Positions 59,901-64,000 of a DNA stretch of 64,000 bases are shown piece after piece. The notes beneath the pieces were generated by a model. The model saw only the letters and a program-made list of their open reading frames with translations, did not search any database and was not told the origin of the DNA. This DNA is from a virus. Position numbers and translations under genes: made by a program. The DNA is taken from positions 10,760 to 74,759 of the IMG/VR virus record IMGVR_UViG_3300031718_000003. One strand, 5' to 3'. The first letter of the stretch is position 1. Each line of letters opens with the position of its first letter.

Positions 59901-60683
59901 GAACAGGCCGATCACGTCGGCAGCCAAAGCGTCCGAGATCGCGCCCGTGGCCGTGGTGTTCTTCACGATCCCGGTACCGAGCGCTGGCCAGTTCTGATTT
60001 GCCGTGCCGAGTGTGAGGGTCGCGGTATTCGGTACGCCCGTGCCGCCGTTGGCCGGCGGGTTGACGCCTGTGATGCTCGCTGAGGTGCCGGTCGAGTTCT
60101 GGTTCAGAATCGGAAAATCGGAGGCGGCGGCGATCGATGGGGTGCCGGCCGTATTCTTCAAGATTCCGGTAGCGAGCGAGCTGAGCGCCGTCCCGTTTAA
60201 TTGATTCGCGTTGATGATGCCGGTGCCGGAGAAGGTAAATGATCCGCCAGATCCCACGGCGAGCGCCGCGCCATTCGTGCCTGCGAGGATATTGGCCCAT
60301 GCCGTGGTTGCCGCGCCGGAGCAACTGCCGAATGCGATGGGGCCGCCATTGGTCGACGTCACACAGTAGGTTCCGGTGCCGCTCGTGCCGGTGGTCGCGA
60401 GCCCGGCGCCATTCCAGTAGGCCGCCCCGTTGAGTGATGGATTGGGAACGGTTGCGCCACCGATGGCCGTCCAGGTGCCCGGACTCTGCCTGTTGGCGGA
60501 GGCGGTGCAGGCGTAGATGTTCTGTCCTGGTGCTGCATCGGTGATATAGGCGAGCTGTGGGGTCTGGCAGGCTTGGGCGAATACCTGGGCTGAGGGGCCA
60601 ATCTGGGAGAAGATCAGACTGCTTCCGGTTTGCTGAGCCAATAGAGATAGAGGGAGTAATAAGAATGCGACAAGGATTTTCAT
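56904..60683 (-). CDS. Tail fiber-like mosaic protein
   Basis: 1259 aa, A/G/S/T-rich, internal repeats (DFPILNQNxTGT twice, TGIxKxT three times). Confidence 0.75.
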   Translation of the reverse strand: MKILVAFLLLPLSLLAQQTGSSLIFSQIGPSAQVFAQACQTPQLAYITDAAPGQNIYACTASANRQSPGTWTAIGGATVPNPSLNGAAYWNGAGLATTGTSGTGTYCVTSTNGGPIAFGSCSGAATTAWANILAGTNGAALAVGSGGSFTFSGTGIINANQLNGTALSSLATGILKNTAGTPSIAAASDFPILNQNSTGTSASITGVNPPANGGTGVPNTATLTLGTANQNWPALGTGIVKNTTATGAISDALAADVIGLFANCSGTLYLGADGSCHAPPSAALADPGATGIVKRTTLDTTVIAVAADFPILNQNTTGTAAVGVNGSSVPSPNFNAATPAAGSSNLNVTFHSSGSSISAELPYAFGLAVASGALAVNTAVIPSLVTLQAGAWNTLTSINGTTNYAACPSPVLTALTDQQQFFLRVDTANTSTQPTLNVCALGAFNVMTPNGLQPSAGRIQPGPHGYWIQWDNAGSMFRLVDYTPTTYVDAQSGASPTVPNTDRGAVFQTTNNTSQTNVTVPQVGAAGFGDHFSFIHCNTGSVPATDTPTTSTVNGNVVLSLLGAASGGNPECAIWWSDAGNWWSAVIPPTDSNGLLSGTAMPALSGAVANAGGSTVTTLQPGVVVNSNLASALKSGTAGTQIASAIAPFTANAVPKFNATGDVVASGVSIDASNNMAGASSETIGAGSLAGFTFWGAQSSLPTAFFAANPSGFLGWGVGTGAIVTSAAYLLPTTPPSGTGNGWAMTFPLTPTGNTYQATWFQIPAGLASVAYPTSVTAGHYLWSPLGGSIASNANLSDVGNQLAYAGSSGIAATNGPVQAGNPAAALSAIVGGGGFFFGETSATLSGFPVATVDGCYGNSTTHIPVCSWNNATAAVWPLLNPSSTFTANHVLSINASTNLIDDAGYLKTAVVLNNQANTYSTGLQDFSNTAVDVRLPNHSADPGACSTGQIEFNSTSAGFKGCTATNTWGSIGGGGLSGLTTGYLIKAASATTAANSLDDEGITTANVHTIGDTAGLAVPNGPVSAGSPPSCATPGTGGGPVCLTEGTAGTPSTGQDNLQAISAQHAVEVNNNNTGAMPVSRVAAVNVTPVTVSANVSTAQNLMAVSLNANLLNVAGRTFKVWLAGTYSNVVTSAPTVTLAVKLCTVSGCATGSSIVPLSVTSTATSATAVTNLAANLTGYITTQTAGATSAYESHGLLGIDLGTTNLTADSLFADTNTATVSAIDSTGALFLQTTVTFSAASASNSFTARQLIVEVLN

Positions 60684-60783
60684 AAAAACTTTTATGGCTT
60701 CGGGGTCAGACAGGAGCTGCCCTGGGCCGCCAACGTTTGCGCCTATGGCTGGGTGCGCTACGATGTACAGGGAGGGCGGACCG

Positions 60784-61251
60784 ATGAAATCAGAGCTGGA
60801 AGTTCTGCGTGATGCGCGAGAATTACTGGCACAGTGCTACGTGAAGTGGACCGTAGACGATGACGCCGGAGGACACTGTGCGATGGGATGCGTCAACCTG
60901 GCTCGCGTTGGCTACGCCAGCGTGGCACCGGTCAAGGGCGATAACGCCCTCGACCTGGTTAACCGGGCCTGTGAGCGATTACATCCCGAGTTGCAGGGAA
61001 AAAGAGCGCCACGGATGGAATACTACGATGGCATATTCATGGATTGTGGCCACGAGGACTTTTTCGATACTCACCCCATGGTCTTCGTGAACAACCAACT
61101 GGGTAAAGAAGCGATCCTCGCCTGCTTCGACGACGCCATCCTGCACGAAGAAATGCGTGTGATGCTGGAGAACGTTCAGGCGCAAACGGCGGAATCTCCA
61201 GGGCAGATTCTGTCTGACCCCGAAGAAAAGAGCGTCGCCCTACTTGGCTAA
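60784..61251 (+). CDS. Hypothetical protein (moron) bracketed by inverted bipartite elements
   Basis: GGAGG RBS; antisense to the tail operon; elements at 60698-60744 (+) and 61178-61225 (-). Confidence 0.65.
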   Translation: MKSELEVLRDARELLAQCYVKWTVDDDAGGHCAMGCVNLARVGYASVAPVKGDNALDLVNRACERLHPELQGKRAPRMEYYDGIFMDCGHEDFFDTHPMVFVNNQLGKEAILACFDDAILHEEMRVMLENVQAQTAESPGQILSDPEEKSVALLG

Positions 61252-61755
61252 CCTAGCCAGCCATCCACTTAGATTCGGAGCCTCTGACGGATCTCTCGCC
61301 ACAATAGCTCTGTAGTGTTCCGCTGCTCTTTCTCTCAGCGCATCCAATACCGATCCGGCATTGAGCGCGTTCACAGCCTCGGCAGTCTCGGGGCCTAATT
61401 CCCCATCCACATCTAGCGTGGGCCGTTCCGCGAGCGCATCGACGGCTTGCTGCAGGAACCGGATTGTGGTTGCAGCTCCTTCGTTCGCGCTCAGGTCGAG
61501 CAGTTTGGTTGCGAGCGTGGCATTATCGATCCGGTAGATGCCCGCTGGAAACCAGAAGTACACCTGATAGAAGTGTGACGCCTGGTCGTAGGTCAGACCC
61601 GCAATTTGGCTCGGATCGGTGAAGAACCCGACAGCTTGCGCCGTCCGAAACGTGATGCCGTACTTGGACGGACCACGCCCGTGGTCTTCGGGAACGTAGC
61701 GGGATCCTTCGTCGTTTAGAAGAACGGCGGCGGCGGCGGGGAAATTGTCGGGCAA
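61240..61755 (-). CDS. Endolysin, glycoside hydrolase family 108
   Basis: EG..YV..D.G.GPSKYGIT, VDGELGPETAEA peptidoglycan-binding motif, GWLARL. Confidence 0.88.
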   Translation of the reverse strand: MPDNFPAAAAVLLNDEGSRYVPEDHGRGPSKYGITFRTAQAVGFFTDPSQIAGLTYDQASHFYQVYFWFPAGIYRIDNATLATKLLDLSANEGAATTIRFLQQAVDALAERPTLDVDGELGPETAEAVNALNAGSVLDALRERAAEHYRAIVARDPSEAPNLSGWLARLAK

Positions 61756-61761
61756 GTGATG

Positions 61762-62058
61762 CTACTTCTTAGTCTCGGGCTTGGCCGGTTCCGGCTTAGC
61801 GGGTGCTGGCGGCTTCTCTCTGACGACACCGTTACCGACCTGGCAGTCGTCGAACTTCACGTTGATCGAATCGCAGAGTTGCCGGGCGAAATTATCGAAC
61901 TGCAATTGCATAAGCTGCAGCTTGAGGTTCTCGGTTTCGGTGAGTGGCCGGAGTTTCGGCCCTTGGGTAGCGGGCGCTGTCTGCTGCGGTGGTTTCGCCG
62001 CTGGCTCCTGGGCCGCGAGAACCGAAGAGAAAAGTGCGATGAGCAACAGGCTGCGCAT
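61762..62058 (-). CDS. Small secreted protein
   Basis: Signal peptide followed by a helical body. Confidence 0.55.
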   Translation of the reverse strand: MRSLLLIALFSSVLAAQEPAAKPPQQTAPATQGPKLRPLTETENLKLQLMQLQFDNFARQLCDSINVKFDDCQVGNGVVREKPPAPAKPEPAKPETKK

Positions 62059-62220
62059 TTGGTTCTTATTCTAGCGCACTGAGGATCAGGCGCAAACGGC
62101 GGATTTGACCACAGGCCAGCAGGATACTCAGCCTTGTCCCCGGATAAGCAGGGACCTCCCGCGTGCCAATGGCCAGCGACAACCACTCACCCCGAAGAAA
62201 AAAGAAATATCCTGAATTTT

Positions 62221-63300
62221 TTAGCACCCACTGGTACTCATAATCATCCCATTGAGCACGTTAAACGTACATCCGGAAATATAGGGATGCACCGTGGCAA
62301 CTAATCCCCCAGCGCCTCCGATAGAAATGCTTCCGCCGCTTGTAATGAACAAGTTGGTGACGTAGGCGCTTCCAAAGGGCACTGAGCTAAGGCCAAGAGT
62401 TGACGTGCCTCCGCCGTTGCCTACGATGTTGCCTTTGATGCCGATCGCATTCGGGCCCGGGCCGCTGCTGGTCGCAGCGCCGGTTACCGCAAAACCTACT
62501 CCCCCGGAGGCATCCTGAATTTCGAACACGTCGCCATTGATATTGCCGGCGGTTTGCTTGATCGTAAAGGCAACCGCGCTGGTCGATGTAGCGTTGATGA
62601 GTGACGCGCCGGCAGAGACGACGTGCACTACACCTCCGGCGCAGAATTCGATCTGACTGGTATCGGTGCGGACCGCCATCCAGCCGTCGGTGATTCCGGC
62701 GCAGCTCGCGTCCGCTGTGGTGAAGGTTCGGTTGTAGAACGAGCCGCCGCCGCCGATGTAGATGGTCGAATTCGCACTGGATCCCACGGTGATTCCGCCG
62801 TTGAATGTGGCCATGTTCGGGAAGACCATGTTGCTGCATCCGGTCGATCCGCAGGATGCACCGTTGGCAAATGTCGCGGTTCCGGTGACGAGCAGCCCCG
62901 TGGCCGCGATATTGCCAAGCGCGGGTAGCACGTTCGAAGCGTTCAACCAGTCCACGGTCCAGACAGTCGCCCCGGTGTTGCCGGTGGCGCAAGCGCCGGC
63001 TGAGGGCGGCGCTGTGAGGACCATCTTGTAGTTCAAGGCCGAGAACCAGACGCTGGCCCGGCCGCCGGCGTCGAGAGTGAGAGGATTCGGGTTCGCTCCG
63101 AAACCGGTCGAGTCGGTGTAGGTTGCCTGTAACGTGGTCGTGCCGGCCTGATAAGAAAACAAACACCCAGCCGCGAGCGGCGCGCCGGTATTCGAAAAAA
63201 ATTGCATCTTCGGATACGGCATGATCATGAGATTCTGGGAAAACGCTGGAAATGCGGCCAGCGCGGCCAGGAGGATGAGGCGAGACAGTATGTTTTTCAT
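62221..63300 (-). CDS. Tail fiber / tailspike with head-binding-like N-terminal domain
   Basis: PKMQFFSNTGAPLAAG.LFSYQAGTTT.QATYTD...NPNPLTLDAGGRA, typical of podovirus tail appendage N-termini. Confidence 0.75.
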   Translation of the reverse strand: MKNILSRLILLAALAAFPAFSQNLMIMPYPKMQFFSNTGAPLAAGCLFSYQAGTTTLQATYTDSTGFGANPNPLTLDAGGRASVWFSALNYKMVLTAPPSAGACATGNTGATVWTVDWLNASNVLPALGNIAATGLLVTGTATFANGASCGSTGCSNMVFPNMATFNGGITVGSSANSTIYIGGGGSFYNRTFTTADASCAGITDGWMAVRTDTSQIEFCAGGVVHVVSAGASLINATSTSAVAFTIKQTAGNINGDVFEIQDASGGVGFAVTGAATSSGPGPNAIGIKGNIVGNGGGTSTLGLSSVPFGSAYVTNLFITSGGSISIGGAGGLVATVHPYISGCTFNVLNGMIMSTSGC

Positions 63301-63344
63301 GGGAAAATTGTTCCTAGGTGCCGTTCACGAAAGAAGAAGTGCGA

Positions 63345-63854
63345 ATGACAAAACTAAACGAAGCAATCCGACTAGCCGCCGAACTTCACGACGGCCAGAC
63401 GGATAAGGCGGGTGTTCCGTATATCCTGCATACCTTGCGTCTGATGGTACGCGTCAAAATCGGCGACGAAGCTAGCGAGGGAATGATGATCGCTGCCGCG
63501 CTGCACGACGTAGTGGAAGACTGCAACGTGCGGCTTGAGTACCTACGGGCGGAATTCGGCGATGCAGTCGCGGATACGATCGACGCAATCAGCCGTAGGG
63601 ACGGCGAGGACTATGAGGTGTACATCGATCGCGTTGCGCTCAACCCGGTGGCCAGGAGACTCAAGATCCTGGACCTCATGGACAATCTCGACCCGACGCG
63701 CGCGAGCACGGGCATTTTACCTATGGGCACGATTGCGAAATACAGGTGTTCCCTAGCGAGATTGATCGACGGAAAGTGGCCAGGTGAAACCGAGGAAAGA
63801 TCAGGCGCAAACCCGGTCGAGAGTTGCCGAAAGCTGACCCCGAAGAAATTCTAG
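63345..63854 (+). CDS. HD-domain protein (RelA/SpoT hydrolase-like)
   Basis: AIRLAAELHDGQTDKAGVPYILH, AALHDVVED, LKILDLMDN. Confidence 0.85.
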   Translation: MTKLNEAIRLAAELHDGQTDKAGVPYILHTLRLMVRVKIGDEASEGMMIAAALHDVVEDCNVRLEYLRAEFGDAVADTIDAISRRDGEDYEVYIDRVALNPVARRLKILDLMDNLDPTRASTGILPMGTIAKYRCSLARLIDGKWPGETEERSGANPVESCRKLTPKKF

Positions 63855-64000
63855 TTGTGTTTAGTGCGTGGCGCGCCGGCGTCAGTCTTTGTACGGGTCG
63901 AACTCGTTTTCGCCCGCCATCGCTACGCCGAGCGGTGTGAGTGTGTGTAGGACGCGGATTGAGTCCGCGTGCTCCGCCAGCACCTCGGGGAGACGCTTAT

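Larger units (their letters stand above)
1488..63845. repeat. Dispersed bipartite element CTTCGGGGT-N27-29-CGTTTGCGCCT (about 34 copies)
   Basis: + copies start at 1488, 4280, 4990, 6088, 6990, 7673, 12163, 16203, 19154, 20153 (long), 24481, 24738, 25270 (long), 27725, 28291, 30801, 34536, 34798, 35806, 37079, 38950, 45696, 60698; - copies at 7054-7096, 7872-7918, 25030-25077, 26251/27497 (split), 34862-34908, 36482-36530, 43073-43120, 51978-52026, 61178-61225, 62088-62197 (long), 63803-63845. Confidence 0.95.

Noticed and set aside
1488-63845. Bipartite element as c-di-GMP-I (GEMM) riboswitch, since the reverse strand GGCGCAAA...CCGAAG resembles its 3' half
   Set aside because: The upstream GGCAAA-stem-GAAA hairpin and tetraloop receptor are not evident, and ~34 copies in both orientations do not fit; an Rfam search would settle it
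1488-63845. Bipartite element as classical integron attC or Xer dif/pdif sites
   Set aside because: No RYYYAAC/GTTRRRY ends and no IntI-sized integrase; the spacer is ~28 bp rather than the 6 bp of dif sites
1-64000. tRNA/rRNA genes, reverse transcriptase or DGR, cas1/cas2, full-length integrase, major capsid protein
   Set aside because: None recognisable by eye; head and connector genes presumably lie beyond the window edges

Overview
This GC-rich window reads as most of a tailed phage genome, or a prophage with no host genes in view. The minus strand carries recombination and replication genes (Rad52-like SSAP, Gp157, replication initiator), a FliA-like sigma factor and a NusG paralog. It also carries terS/terL, a P22-like portal, a scaffold protein, large tail or surface proteins and a GH108 endolysin. 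Capsid genes lie outside the window. Accessory content includes a Cas12m-like (type V-M) effector with a 19-repeat array and no cas1/cas2, a solo TnpB, a FimB/FimE-like tyrosine recombinase and a HerA-like ATPase. Three TIR-bounded insertions with 8-bp target-site duplications are present. The main unexplained signal is a dispersed bipartite element, CTTCGGGGT-N(~27-29)-CGTTTGCGCCT, found about 34 times by eye in both orientations at gene boundaries. It has hairpin-forming spacers, re-assorted halves and inverted pairs that bracket single genes and the whole CRISPR-Cas module, which suggests an undescribed gene-cassette system. A second unexplained signal centres on terS, which is hit by an array spacer (36/37) and flanked by two solitary CRISPR repeats lying next to copies of origin-like DNA. 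All family assignments come from recognising motifs by eye; no database searches were run.
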